Assembly: GCA_003247135.1 (NCBI GenBank)
Contig: QKAW01000058.1
Location: 1,394-65,393 of the forward strand
Source: Spirochaetales bacterium
GTDB taxonomy: Bacteria > Spirochaetota > Spirochaetia > DSM-2461
Length of the DNA stretch: 64,000 nucleotides
Direction of reading: 5' to 3'
Part shown: piece by piece, positions 50,005 through 59,881 of the stretch
Numbering within the stretch: position 1 is the stretch's first letter
Layout: the number at the start of each line of letters is the position of its first letter
Notes under the pieces: generated by a model
Seen by the model: the letters and a program-made list of their open reading frames with translations, nothing else
Databases searched by the model: none
Told to the model about the DNA's origin: nothing
Made by a program: the position numbers and the translations under genes

Positions 50005-50907
50005 ATGAAATCAATTAAATGGTTTTTGTCCGTATTATCCATGTTTCTTATTTTTTCTTGTACAACCACAAGTGATACAAACAAAGAGAGTATAGTTGTA
50101 GAAGAGACAAAGGAAGAGGTAGTCGAACCAGCTAAAGTAGTGGAAAAGAAAATGGTTGAAAAGGAGATTGAGGAGATCATTTATTTTGTTACCAAGGAAG
50201 AGTCATTCTACGGAGATGGTCAGATAGATACTAAAACAACCTATATCTACAATGATAATTTTGTATTAATGAACAAAATTATAACAAATGAACAGGGTGA
50301 GGTTTTAGAATCTTCAGCAAATAAAATAGTAAATAATAATATTTCCCGTACAGATAACTACGGTTATGGAAATATTCTAAATACATATACAACTTTTGAG
50401 TACGATAGCCAGAACAGAGTTGTTAAAGAGACAATGTTTGATAAAGAGAATAAAATTCAATCTGTTAATGAGTATATCTATAAAGACGGACTTTTAACAA
50501 CCTGGAATACATTAGGTGCTAATGGTGGTGTTTTGGCAATTACAGAGTATGTATACGATAAAAATGGAAACAACACTGAAATTAATATGAAAAATTCAGG
50601 AAATGTTCTTGATGGAAAAATAGTAAAAATTTATGCAGACAATGCAATTAAATCTGAAGAGATTAGAGATTCAAAAGGAAAAATTGAGAAATCTGTGAGC
50701 TATGTTTACGAAGGTAAAATGTTAAAAGAGAAGATTTTTATGGATGAAAAAGGAAATAAAAAAAGAAGTGAATCCTATGAATACTCTGATAATAAGCCAG
50801 TTCCTACAAGAATAAATCAGCTATATAAGAGTGGAGCTATAGAGGCGTACAGTAATTTTGAGTATGCCGAAAAAGTCATAAAGACTAAAGTTATGGTAGA
50901 GGAGTAA
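50005..50907 (+). CDS. Lipoprotein with YD/RHS-like beta-hairpin repeats
   Basis: LIFSC lipobox; repeated Y.YD..G/N units (FEYDSQNR, YVYDKNGN, YIYKDG). Confidence 0.7.
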   Translation: MKSIKWFLSVLSMFLIFSCTTTSDTNKESIVVEETKEEVVEPAKVVEKKMVEKEIEEIIYFVTKEESFYGDGQIDTKTTYIYNDNFVLMNKIITNEQGEVLESSANKIVNNNISRTDNYGYGNILNTYTTFEYDSQNRVVKETMFDKENKIQSVNEYIYKDGLLTTWNTLGANGGVLAITEYVYDKNGNNTEINMKNSGNVLDGKIVKIYADNAIKSEEIRDSKGKIEKSVSYVYEGKMLKEKIFMDEKGNKKRSESYEYSDNKPVPTRINQLYKSGAIEAYSNFEYAEKVIKTKVMVEE

Positions 50908-50909
50908 AA

Positions 50910-52091
50910 ATGAAAAAGTACGTTAGTATTTTTATCTTGTTATTTGTTGTTCTATTTTCATCCTTTGCAGGTGATAGAGCAGAAGTCTGGTCCAGGATGT
51001 ATAAGAGAAGTTTCTCTCCAGAAATGAAGTTTTCAGTTATGCTTAATATTGTTGAGCTTAACGATAGAGGGATGATTCCACTTCTAGAGGAAATTCTAAC
51101 AGAAGATATTATTGCAAATTTAGATAATAAACGGGATATAACTGAAGAACAGAGATTTATAGAACTAACAAAACTTGTTGTAAAGGAGTTAGGGGAACTA
51201 AAATCCAAGAATTCAGCAGTACTTGTATACACAATTGTAAAAGAGACAAAAGATCCCCTTCTAAAAGCTGATGCTATAATAGCATTAGGTAATATGAGAG
51301 CTGATCAGTATGTAGACGATATTTCCCTAATTCTTAGAAATGTTAATATGCGACCATTGGAGGGACTCTCCTCTGAGATAGAAGCAGAATCAAAAGTTGC
51401 TTATGGATCCGTGTCTGCATTAGACCGATTTAGAAATGTAATTGGTTATGAATCAGTGTTTTTTGCTTCCGTTGGTTGGTATGATCAGAGAGTTAGGTTT
51501 TTTGCAGATAAAGTGTTAAAAACAATAACTGATAACCCTATTGAACCCTTAACAAAGATTTTAATAGATGGTTCATTTTCTGATAAGGAAAAGGCAATTC
51601 TTGAAGTAGCCCAGTGCAGTGCTCCAGCAGGAGACAAAATTGAAGCAGCAAGAGAAGCATTAAAACAGGGGTTAGTAAATATTGCTGATACTATACAGGA
51701 TGGTCTAATATTAACTAGTATTAGAAAGAATGCTATAAAAGTTTTATATAACAGTAAATCTTCAAAAACAGATGATATCTACTATTTAAGTCAATCAGTT
51801 AACAATGGAGCAGATCTTGAAGAGAAGATTTATGCAATAAGAACTTTAGGTTTAAATGCAACTGATGAGGCTATATCTGAACTTGTTAAGATCTTAACAA
51901 CTTTTAATGATAGAAGTATAAGCGGTCTGGGAATTACCTATGCTGAAGAGAGTGTTGTTAAAGAGATAATTTCAACTTTAGGTAAATCAGGAAACAGTCT
52001 TGCTAATGGTGTATTAACTGAGGTTCAGTTTTCCGGATACTCTTCAGGAATAATCAAACTTGCTAAAGATGCTCTAAAAAAAATGAATTAA
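50910..52091 (+). CDS. Exported HEAT-repeat protein
   Basis: Signal peptide; helical repeats (KADAIIALGN, IYAIRTLG, IISTLGKSG). Confidence 0.7.
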   Translation: MKKYVSIFILLFVVLFSSFAGDRAEVWSRMYKRSFSPEMKFSVMLNIVELNDRGMIPLLEEILTEDIIANLDNKRDITEEQRFIELTKLVVKELGELKSKNSAVLVYTIVKETKDPLLKADAIIALGNMRADQYVDDISLILRNVNMRPLEGLSSEIEAESKVAYGSVSALDRFRNVIGYESVFFASVGWYDQRVRFFADKVLKTITDNPIEPLTKILIDGSFSDKEKAILEVAQCSAPAGDKIEAAREALKQGLVNIADTIQDGLILTSIRKNAIKVLYNSKSSKTDDIYYLSQSVNNGADLEEKIYAIRTLGLNATDEAISELVKILTTFNDRSISGLGITYAEESVVKEIISTLGKSGNSLANGVLTEVQFSGYSSGIIKLAKDALKKMN

Positions 52092-52118
52092 TAAAAAAAA
52101 ATATTATATAAATTCTAT

Positions 52119-53477
52119 ATGAATAGAGATTTATATCACCCATTAATTATTGGAGCCATAGTGATTTCTGTTACTATGGCTTTTTTATTTAAGGTTAACT
52201 TACTGGTAGTTTTAATAATATCTGCTTTAACCGGAACCCTTTATATTGAATTTAAGGGTGGTCTTACTAAATACCTTTTTTACTTATCAGTTTCTCTTTT
52301 AATTGCTACATTATCAATTATTAGAATAGACATGGAAAAAAAACAGGAGTTTGCACCATTAAATAATTTCACTTTTGATGAAATCAGGATTGAGAAGGAT
52401 TCAATAAAAACTATACGAGGCTATTTCTCAAATGGAAACGTTATTACTGTTAGTAATAATCAGACTATTGTAAATTCCAATATTTCAACTGAACTTAATT
52501 CAGAAACTCCACTCTATCAAGGTGAAATTGTTAATGTTCAGAATTCAGGGAAAAAACCAAAGGAGGATAAAAAGAGTAAATTTTCATCACCCTTATTCTA
52601 CAAAAGAAAACAATTACTTAGCATTATAGAAAAGGAAACTCCGTCACCACTTCTTTATGCTCTATTAACAGGTAATAAAAATAGTTTAGATATTGCAAAT
52701 ATAGAACTTTTTAAAAAAAGTGGCACTCCCCATATCCTGGCACTTTCAGGTTTTCATGTTGGTGTAATCACATTAATGATTATTATGGTTGCAAGGATTT
52801 TCTTTACAGGTAATAAGATATATTCTATTGCTACAGCTATTTTAATATTCTATCTAATTCTTGTAGGTTTAACTCCGTCACTATTTCGCTCTGTGATTAT
52901 GTTTATTATAGGTTTTATTTTTAAATTAAGAAAAAAAAGAGTAGGAGTTCTTTTTATTCTAATAATTTCATTCTATGTAGTCATTTTAATAGACCCTAAA
53001 GAGTTTTATTCTCTATCATTTCAGCTCTCTTATTTGGCTCTTATAGGTATATTGGTAATAGGGAGTGAGATATTTTATCTCCTAAAAAGGGCAAGTATTC
53101 CAGGAATTTTAGGATCTTCAGTGTCAGCCTCAATTGGAGCTGTAATAGCTACATCATTTATAGTGTTCCCAACCTTTGAAGTATTATATCCTATAGGAAT
53201 AATTGCTTCATTGGTAATTACACCTTTAATAACACTTTTTATGTGGTTAGGAATAGTTACAGCTTTTGTTAAACCTCTTGGGTGGATGACAAATTATTGG
53301 GAAAATCTTATTTATTATCTAATGGAACACTTTTCAAAATATCCATATATTATAAAAACTACTGAAAATTATATAATTATAACTTTTATTACTATAATTA
53401 TTCCTGTTATATTACTAATATTAAAAATATACAGGAGTGTTAATGCCAGAAGATTCAATCTTAAATTTAAATTATGA
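52119..53477 (+). CDS. comEC: ComEC/Rec2-family competence membrane protein (no C-terminal MBL domain)
   Basis: ALLTG.K, FKKSGTPHILALSGFHV, PSLFRS, SFQLSYLA. Confidence 0.85.
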   Translation: MNRDLYHPLIIGAIVISVTMAFLFKVNLLVVLIISALTGTLYIEFKGGLTKYLFYLSVSLLIATLSIIRIDMEKKQEFAPLNNFTFDEIRIEKDSIKTIRGYFSNGNVITVSNNQTIVNSNISTELNSETPLYQGEIVNVQNSGKKPKEDKKSKFSSPLFYKRKQLLSIIEKETPSPLLYALLTGNKNSLDIANIELFKKSGTPHILALSGFHVGVITLMIIMVARIFFTGNKIYSIATAILIFYLILVGLTPSLFRSVIMFIIGFIFKLRKKRVGVLFILIISFYVVILIDPKEFYSLSFQLSYLALIGILVIGSEIFYLLKRASIPGILGSSVSASIGAVIATSFIVFPTFEVLYPIGIIASLVITPLITLFMWLGIVTAFVKPLGWMTNYWENLIYYLMEHFSKYPYIIKTTENYIIITFITIIIPVILLILKIYRSVNARRFNLKFKL

Positions 53478-54324
53478 CTCACCTCAGGAGATAAAAGAGT
53501 TACTTGATATTATGGGACTTGGGCCAAGGAAAAGATGGGGACAGAATTTTTTAATTAATAGTGGTGCAAGACAAAGAATAGTTGATATTCTGGAAATTGA
53601 GAAGGGAGATCATCTATGGGAGATTGGACCAGGCCTTGGTTCTATTACAAAACTTATTCTCGAAAAAGGTGCAGATTTAAAGTGTTTTGAGATTGATCCC
53701 GGTTATGTTGAATATTTGAAAAAAGCTTTTGAATCCTATAGCAATTTTAACATAGTACAGGGTGATGTAATAAAAAAGTGGAAGGAGCATAAAAATAGAC
53801 CTCCAAAACAGCTTTTGGGCAATCTGCCATATAATATATCCACTTCAATTATAACTACATTCATTGAAAGTGATTTTGTTCCGGATAATATGGTTTTTAC
53901 AGTCCAAAGAGAGATGGGACAGAGAATGAGTGCAAAAACCGGAAGTAAAAACTATTCATCATTCTCAATTTTGTGTCAGGCTGCTTGCGATATTAAAGAA
54001 GTAGGGGTCTTAAAACCAGGTTCTTTTTATCCGGCCCCAGGTGTTTCATCTGCTATTATAACTATGAAGTGTAAAGATAGATTTAGAGAGATAGAAGATA
54101 AATCTACATTTTTTGCATTAATTCGACAGTTATTTGCTTCAAGAAGAAAAACATTAAAAAATAATATTAACCTTAGTCCCTTATTACGTTCTATAAATAC
54201 AGGGGATGTTTATAAAGCTTTTGAAAATGTTGGGATTGATATAATGAAAAGACCAGAAACTGTAACTGTAGAAGAGTATATAAATTTATCTAAGGAGATT
54301 AGTAAAATAAAAAAACCGGATTAG
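53443..54324 (+). CDS. rsmA: 16S rRNA m6,2A dimethyltransferase
   Basis: KRWGQNFL, WEIGPGLG, EID, GNLPYNI, VQRE, FYPAP.VSS, RRKTL.NN. Confidence 0.95.
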   Translation: MPEDSILNLNYDSPQEIKELLDIMGLGPRKRWGQNFLINSGARQRIVDILEIEKGDHLWEIGPGLGSITKLILEKGADLKCFEIDPGYVEYLKKAFESYSNFNIVQGDVIKKWKEHKNRPPKQLLGNLPYNISTSIITTFIESDFVPDNMVFTVQREMGQRMSAKTGSKNYSSFSILCQAACDIKEVGVLKPGSFYPAPGVSSAIITMKCKDRFREIEDKSTFFALIRQLFASRRKTLKNNINLSPLLRSINTGDVYKAFENVGIDIMKRPETVTVEEYINLSKEISKIKKPD

Positions 54325-54335
54325 ATCCGGTTTTT
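54311..54335. terminator. Bidirectional intrinsic terminator between rsmA and dapA
   Basis: AAAAACCGGAT-tag-ATCCGGTTTTT. Confidence 0.75.
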
Positions 54336-54343
54336 ATTGCTAA

Positions 54344-55219
54344 TTAAATAAGTTTATTTTCAATAAGAAGTTTTTTTAATATATCTCTGTGTTCATTTGT
54401 TGGATTGCACAGAGGTAATCTGTAAACTTCTTTACACATACCCATAAGAGAGAGAGCTGATTTAACAGGTATTGGGTTTGTCTCAAGAAACATGCCTTTG
54501 CATAACGGAAGAATCTCATAATGTATTTTTCTGGCTTCATCAATTTTATTCTCTTTGGTTAACCGTATAAGTTTTTCCATTTTTCCCGGAATTATATTAC
54601 TAACTACCGATACAACTCCGTCACCCCCTAACGCAGTTAAAGGAAAAGCAATATTATCATCACCAACCATTACTGAAAAATTATCCGGTCTGTTTTGTAT
54701 AACATCCATCATTTGGCCAATATCGCCACTAGCTTCTTTAACACCAACAATATTTTCATGCTTAGCCATTCTTAACAGAGTCTCTGTCTCAATATTTACT
54801 CCGCATCGACCCTTTATATTGTAGATAAGTAGCGGTATATCACACTCATCTGCAATTGTCATAAAATGACGATAGATCCCTTCCTGTGTAGGTTTATTAT
54901 AGTATGGTGTAACCTGAAGGCTTGCATTAGCACCCATAGAAACAGCAATTTTTGTCATATCTATTGCTTCTTTAGTACTATTTGATCCAGTCCCTGCTAC
55001 AACCGGAATTTTTCCATCTGCAATTTTAATAGCTTCTTCAACAACCTGAAGATTCTCTTCATGGGTTAAAGTTGGACTCTCCCCGGTTGTCCCTACTGGT
55101 AGTAATCCTGATATCCCCTCTTTAATTTGATTATGAATTAAAGCTCTGTAGGATTCAAAATCAATGGTACCGTCCTCATTAAAAGGTGTAATTAATGCTG
55201 TATATACCCCGCTAAACAT
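54344..55219 (-). CDS. dapA: 4-hydroxy-tetrahydrodipicolinate synthase
   Basis: TALITPF, GTTGESPTL, AGTGSNST, PYYNKP, YNI, KEASG, ETNPIPVK. Confidence 0.96.
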   Translation of the reverse strand: MFSGVYTALITPFNEDGTIDFESYRALIHNQIKEGISGLLPVGTTGESPTLTHEENLQVVEEAIKIADGKIPVVAGTGSNSTKEAIDMTKIAVSMGANASLQVTPYYNKPTQEGIYRHFMTIADECDIPLLIYNIKGRCGVNIETETLLRMAKHENIVGVKEASGDIGQMMDVIQNRPDNFSVMVGDDNIAFPLTALGGDGVVSVVSNIIPGKMEKLIRLTKENKIDEARKIHYEILPLCKGMFLETNPIPVKSALSLMGMCKEVYRLPLCNPTNEHRDILKKLLIENKLI

Positions 55220-55232
55220 TTTTATCTCCTGT

Positions 55233-55976
55233 TTATTTTAAAAGTTCTTCTATAAAATCTTCTACAGAATAGAACCCTTTTTTATTACTTATCCACTCAG
55301 CTGCCATAACAGCACCAAGAGCAAAACCTGTCCTGTTTCTGGCATTATGTGTAATCTCAATAGTATCAGCTAAAGAATCTAAAGTCACTGTATGAATTCC
55401 TGGAATGGATCCACCTCTAACAGAAGCAACATGTAATTCATTAGGTTTTATTTCACGGTCAAGTTTGTCAGTCCAGATTGTATCTTTTATTTTATTATTT
55501 TCCAATATCTTGTTAGCTGCAGTTAATGCAGTTCCGGAAGGAGAGTCCTTCTTCTTGTTATGATGATATTCAAGCATCATAATATCATAATCCGGAGTAT
55601 TATTTATAATTTTTGCTGCTTTTGATACTAAATCAAAGAATATATGGGCTCCAATTGAGAAATTTGATCCATAAAGAAGGGTAGAGTCATGTTTTTTAAT
55701 AATTTCAGATACTAAATCCCTCTTGTCGTTCCATCCAGTTGTTCCAATAACAACAGGAACCTTTGATTCTGCATAAATTTTTATATTTTCTTCAATCTTA
55801 TCAGGTAGTGAAAACTCAATAACAGCATCAACACCTTTTAAATTATCAGGTGTAACCTCTGTGTAATCCCCATATCCGCCCTTATCTACACGACAAGCAA
55901 CAGAATGCCCTCTTTGGATAATTATTTTTTCAATCTCTTTACCCATTCTTCCGTAACCAGTTATCATTATATTCAT
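55233..55976 (-). CDS. dapB: 4-hydroxy-tetrahydrodipicolinate reductase
   Basis: GYGRMG, GTTGW, NFSIG, EYHHNKKKDSPSGTA, GFALGA. Confidence 0.95.
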   Translation of the reverse strand: MNIMITGYGRMGKEIEKIIIQRGHSVACRVDKGGYGDYTEVTPDNLKGVDAVIEFSLPDKIEENIKIYAESKVPVVIGTTGWNDKRDLVSEIIKKHDSTLLYGSNFSIGAHIFFDLVSKAAKIINNTPDYDIMMLEYHHNKKKDSPSGTALTAANKILENNKIKDTIWTDKLDREIKPNELHVASVRGGSIPGIHTVTLDSLADTIEITHNARNRTGFALGAVMAAEWISNKKGFYSVEDFIEELLK

Positions 55977-56015
55977 ACAGAATATAATAGCTAACTGGTT
56001 ATAGGTTGTAAAGAG

Positions 56016-57011
56016 TTATTTACATTGTGTCATAGTAACTGCAGTAGTATTTACTATATCGTCAATGCTACACCCTCTGGAAAGATCTGATATCGGCTTT
56101 GCAAATCCTTGAAGGAATGGTCCGTAAGCTCCCGCACCACCAATTCTTTGTACAAGTTTATAACCAATATTTCCAGACTGAAGATCAGGGAATATCAGTA
56201 CATTAGCATTACCTGCTACAGTAGAACCAGGAGCTTTAGATGCTCCAACAGAAGGAATAATTGCTGCATCAGCTTGTAATTCTCCATCAACTTCTAATCC
56301 AGGCTCTTGTTCTTTAACAAGTTTAAATGCCTCAGTTACCTTATCTACATTTGGATGGGATGCTGAACCTTTTGTTGAAAATGAAAGCATTGCAACTTTA
56401 GGTTCTGTTTGAAGAAAAACTCGACATGATTCTGCTGATTGTCTAGTAATTGCAGCTAATTCTTCAGCTGTAGGATCAACTATAGTCGCACAGTCACTAA
56501 AAATCATTAATCCATCTTTTCCCCATTTTTTATCAGGCATATCCATAACAAAGCAAGATGATGCTGTTTTAACACCAGGAGCAGTTTTAATAATTGTAAA
56601 ACCTGCAACTAAAACTTTTCCTGTAGAGTTTTCTGCTCCTGCAACCATAGCGTCTGCATCAGAAAGTCTAACCATCATTGCTCCCCATTTTAAAGGATCA
56701 AGAATAGCAGTTGTTGCTTCCGCCTCAGTTAAACCTTTATGTTTTCTAAGGTTGTAATACTCCTCTGCATATCTCTCAATTTTATCGGACTTTTGAGGGT
56801 CTATTACTGTAATTCCTTTAAGTTCAACACCATTACTTTTAGCAACTTCCTCAATTTTACTCTCTTCTCCAATTAATATAACACTTTTACAAATGTTTTC
56901 ATCAATTAAAATTCGAGCTGCCTGTACAGTTCTTGGCTCAGTACCCTCTGGTAAAACAACACTTTTTTGCATACTAATAGCTTTTTTCTTCATCTCTTCA
57001 ACGAATGACAT
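56016..57011 (-). CDS. pta: Phosphate acetyltransferase
   Basis: VLPEG.E.R, FSDCA, AMLSFSTKGSA, DGELQADAA, GNIGYKL, DLSRGC; ATG 57011 after CAGGAG. Confidence 0.95.
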   Translation of the reverse strand: MSFVEEMKKKAISMQKSVVLPEGTEPRTVQAARILIDENICKSVILIGEESKIEEVAKSNGVELKGITVIDPQKSDKIERYAEEYYNLRKHKGLTEAEATTAILDPLKWGAMMVRLSDADAMVAGAENSTGKVLVAGFTIIKTAPGVKTASSCFVMDMPDKKWGKDGLMIFSDCATIVDPTAEELAAITRQSAESCRVFLQTEPKVAMLSFSTKGSASHPNVDKVTEAFKLVKEQEPGLEVDGELQADAAIIPSVGASKAPGSTVAGNANVLIFPDLQSGNIGYKLVQRIGGAGAYGPFLQGFAKPISDLSRGCSIDDIVNTTAVTMTQCK

Positions 57012-57114
57012 ATATGACTCCTGAATAATTAATTTATTATCTATACAATTTAACATATTTTTTTTTAAATACAATAGGTGTATTTTTTAAATAATTACAA
57101 TATAATATTCAATT

Positions 57115-57861
57115 ATGACAGTTGGTATATATGGTTTAGGTAGATTCGGGGCTTTTTGGGGAGATCAACTCTCCAGGTTTTTTACTGTAAAAGGCTATAG
57201 TCGAAGTGAAAAAAGATTTTGTCCCAAAACAATTGAAAGAGTAACAGAAGATGAAATTTTTAATTGTGATGTTATTATAATTTGCGTAGCAATATCTGCA
57301 ATGGAAAATTTTTTAAGAAATATAAAAGATAAAGTTAAACCGGGAACATTAATAATGGATACATGCTCTGTTAAAGTTTATCCTGTTAATTTAATGCTTG
57401 AAATACTACCGGAATATGTAGATATACTTGGTACTCACCCAATGTTTGGTCCAGATTCAGGTAAAAACGGAGTTGCAGGTCTTCCAATAGTAGTATCAAA
57501 AGCACGGTTAAGTGATAGTCTATATAAAAAATGGATAGAGGCTTTTAATAATATGAATTTATCTGTAATTGAGATGAGTCCAGATGAACATGATAAAGAA
57601 GCAGCCTATACCCAGGGAATAACTCATTTTATAGGACGAACACTCTCAGATATGAATTTGAAAAGCAGCACAATTTCAACAACAGGTTATATCAGTCTTC
57701 TTGAAATTATTAAGCAGACCTGTAATGATGAATATCAGTTATTTTTGGATTTACAAAAATATAATTCCTATACATCAATAATGAGAAATGATTTAAAAAA
57801 TTCCCTGCATAAGGTTTTAAAAGTTATTGAAGCTAAAATTACAGAAGGAGATAATGCATAA
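57115..57861 (+). CDS. tyrA: Prephenate/arogenate dehydrogenase
   Basis: GLGRFG, DTCSVK, GTHPMFGPDS, EHDKEAAYTQGITH. Confidence 0.88.
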   Translation: MTVGIYGLGRFGAFWGDQLSRFFTVKGYSRSEKRFCPKTIERVTEDEIFNCDVIIICVAISAMENFLRNIKDKVKPGTLIMDTCSVKVYPVNLMLEILPEYVDILGTHPMFGPDSGKNGVAGLPIVVSKARLSDSLYKKWIEAFNNMNLSVIEMSPDEHDKEAAYTQGITHFIGRTLSDMNLKSSTISTTGYISLLEIIKQTCNDEYQLFLDLQKYNSYTSIMRNDLKNSLHKVLKVIEAKITEGDNA

Positions 57862-58217
57862 TGGCAGAAATTCATTCAGAAAGAGTCAAGGAAAAAGATA
57901 TAGATACGGTTATGGGTGTAGATATCGATTTTACAGGTGATCTCACTTTTAGTGATCCTTTAATGATTAAAGGCCGATTTTCCGGAGAGATTAACGCAAC
58001 AGGTGTTTTATATGTTGAGAAAGACGCTCATATTGAGGCTGACATAAAAGCAAGACAGGTTCAAGTTCGGGGGGAAATAATTGGTGATATTCTGGCCGAA
58101 GAGTATGTTCAACTTTTTTCAACTGCAAAAGTAACCGGAGATATTGTAGCACCAAAGGTTAAAATGGAAAATGGATGTTTTTTCTCAGGAAAATGCCATA
58201 TGACAGGAAGAGAGTAA
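57861..58217 (+). CDS. Bactofilin (polymer-forming cytoskeletal protein)
   Basis: DT.MG....FTG.L.F...L.IKG.F.G.I...; V.GDI.A...MENG..F.GKC.M. Confidence 0.9.
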   Translation: MAEIHSERVKEKDIDTVMGVDIDFTGDLTFSDPLMIKGRFSGEINATGVLYVEKDAHIEADIKARQVQVRGEIIGDILAEEYVQLFSTAKVTGDIVAPKVKMENGCFFSGKCHMTGRE

Positions 58218-58870
58218 TGATCAATATATTTAAAAAGCGAATTTTATTTCTTTTAATAATTACAGTTTTCAGTTTCGGTAATCTTTATGCCCAGAAAGAG
58301 AAAAATGCTCTTTTATCCTGGAGACAGGGAAGGTTTGATGAAGCAGTTGCTATTTGCCTGGAAGAGTTAGAGACATTACCTAAGTCAAGTTTTGCCGAGA
58401 GAATGGACTCTTATACTGTTTTATGCTGGTCTTTAATTGGATTACAAAAATATGATGATGTTATTAAATATGGAACAGAGGCTTATGAGAGTTCCCCAAG
58501 AGATTGGAGATTTCTTGCAGTTTTAGGCGAGGCACACTATTTTTTAGGAAATAATAAAGAATCTCTCTACTTTCTTGAAAAGTATATCGAGTTAAAAAAC
58601 TCCGGAGATAAGGCAGACTATATGTATTACTTGATGGGTCATGTTTTTCTGAGACTGGAGGAGTACAATAGAGCAGATGTTGCACTTTCGATGGCTGTCT
58701 ATTTAAAACCACTGGATGCAAAATGGTGGGTAAGGTTAGGTTATGCCAGAGAACAGGCAAAAGATTATAAAAGAGCTGAAGAGGCTTATAAAAAGGCATT
58801 ATCAATAAATTCATCACTGGTTGATGCAGATAGAGGAATTAAAAGAGTTCATGAATCATTGGGAATATGA
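58217..58870 (+). CDS. Exported TPR protein
   Basis: Signal peptide from ATG 58217; TPR helices (LGEAHYFLG, YYLMGHVF, WVRLGYARE...AYKKAL). Confidence 0.85.
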   Translation: MINIFKKRILFLLIITVFSFGNLYAQKEKNALLSWRQGRFDEAVAICLEELETLPKSSFAERMDSYTVLCWSLIGLQKYDDVIKYGTEAYESSPRDWRFLAVLGEAHYFLGNNKESLYFLEKYIELKNSGDKADYMYYLMGHVFLRLEEYNRADVALSMAVYLKPLDAKWWVRLGYAREQAKDYKRAEEAYKKALSINSSLVDADRGIKRVHESLGI

Positions 58871-58933
58871 TTTGTGAAATGTATTGAAGTAGATTACAAT
58901 ATATAAGTAGAGTTAAAAAAACAGGAGCAACCT

Positions 58934-59881
58934 ATGGGATACTTTTATAAGATTATAAGTATTTTGTTATTGGTATTTTCTATAACATCCTGCGATGTTA
59001 TTTCCGAGGTACTAACAACAAACTATTTTGAACAGTTTAAGAATATTGATCCATTTAACATCCAGATTGATCCATTGAGTTTATGGGATGTTCTTAATGA
59101 AGCGGATAAACTGGCAATAATTGATGCTTACACAACTGCCGCACTAAATGATGAAGCATCTTCAAAACTTTATACTCTTTTAAAAGAGAATAAAAGCTAT
59201 CGTAATGGTGCAATTAGCAAGTATGAAGAGTTACTTGGGGTAGTCCCTGATACTAATGCAGATAGTTATAATACAGATTTGGTAATATATCAGCAAAGAG
59301 CCATGGCTTTAGCAAGAATTTCAATAAATACCAGACCAACCACAACTTCTTTAAATGGTTTTACCCAATTATATAAAGAGTATATTTCAGGAGAACAAAA
59401 AGAGAAGCTTACACAAAAAATGTTAATAACAAGAATTTTCAATGTTCCACTGGATAGTATCCCTGCAGATTATAATTCTACAGAAAAGAGGGCAGAGATA
59501 AGAGAGGAACTTCTGGGGCTATCTATAGCAGGAAGAGCTTTTAATAGTCTTGGGAATACTATAACAGAGAAGGATTTTCCAAAATCAACTGTTGTTTCCA
59601 CCAATGATGGTTTTTCAATTTTTATTTCAGCAATGGTTTCCAGAATAGTGGCTTTAACTAAAGCAGCAGATAACACAAAAACTAATGATGAAATTCTGGA
59701 CGAATTATCTCAGATAATTGTTTCAAATAATTTTACAGGGACTTATATTAAATTTCCAAAGGATGTTCAGGACAATACTCTTACAGTAATGGAGAGATAT
59801 TTAGGTGTAGGTGCATCTTTAACATTTACAGCTTCAGGATTCAAACTTCCGTCCATTGTAGATTTAGGAGGTAGCAACTAA
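58934..59881 (+). CDS. Lipoprotein, alpha-helical, unknown function
   Basis: FSITSC lipobox (Cys20); CAGGAG RBS. Confidence 0.75.
   Translation: MGYFYKIISILLLVFSITSCDVISEVLTTNYFEQFKNIDPFNIQIDPLSLWDVLNEADKLAIIDAYTTAALNDEASSKLYTLLKENKSYRNGAISKYEELLGVVPDTNADSYNTDLVIYQQRAMALARISINTRPTTTSLNGFTQLYKEYISGEQKEKLTQKMLITRIFNVPLDSIPADYNSTEKRAEIREELLGLSIAGRAFNSLGNTITEKDFPKSTVVSTNDGFSIFISAMVSRIVALTKAADNTKTNDEILDELSQIIVSNNFTGTYIKFPKDVQDNTLTVMERYLGVGASLTFTASGFKLPSIVDLGGSN

Noticed and set aside
50005-50907. RHS/YD polymorphic toxin
   Set aside because: Only 300 aa, lipoprotein signal, no RHS core (DPxG) or toxin domain, no immunity-like gene
52119-53477. comEC as a truncated pseudogene
   Set aside because: ComEC lacking the metallo-beta-lactamase domain is common; the frame is intact and overlaps rsmA
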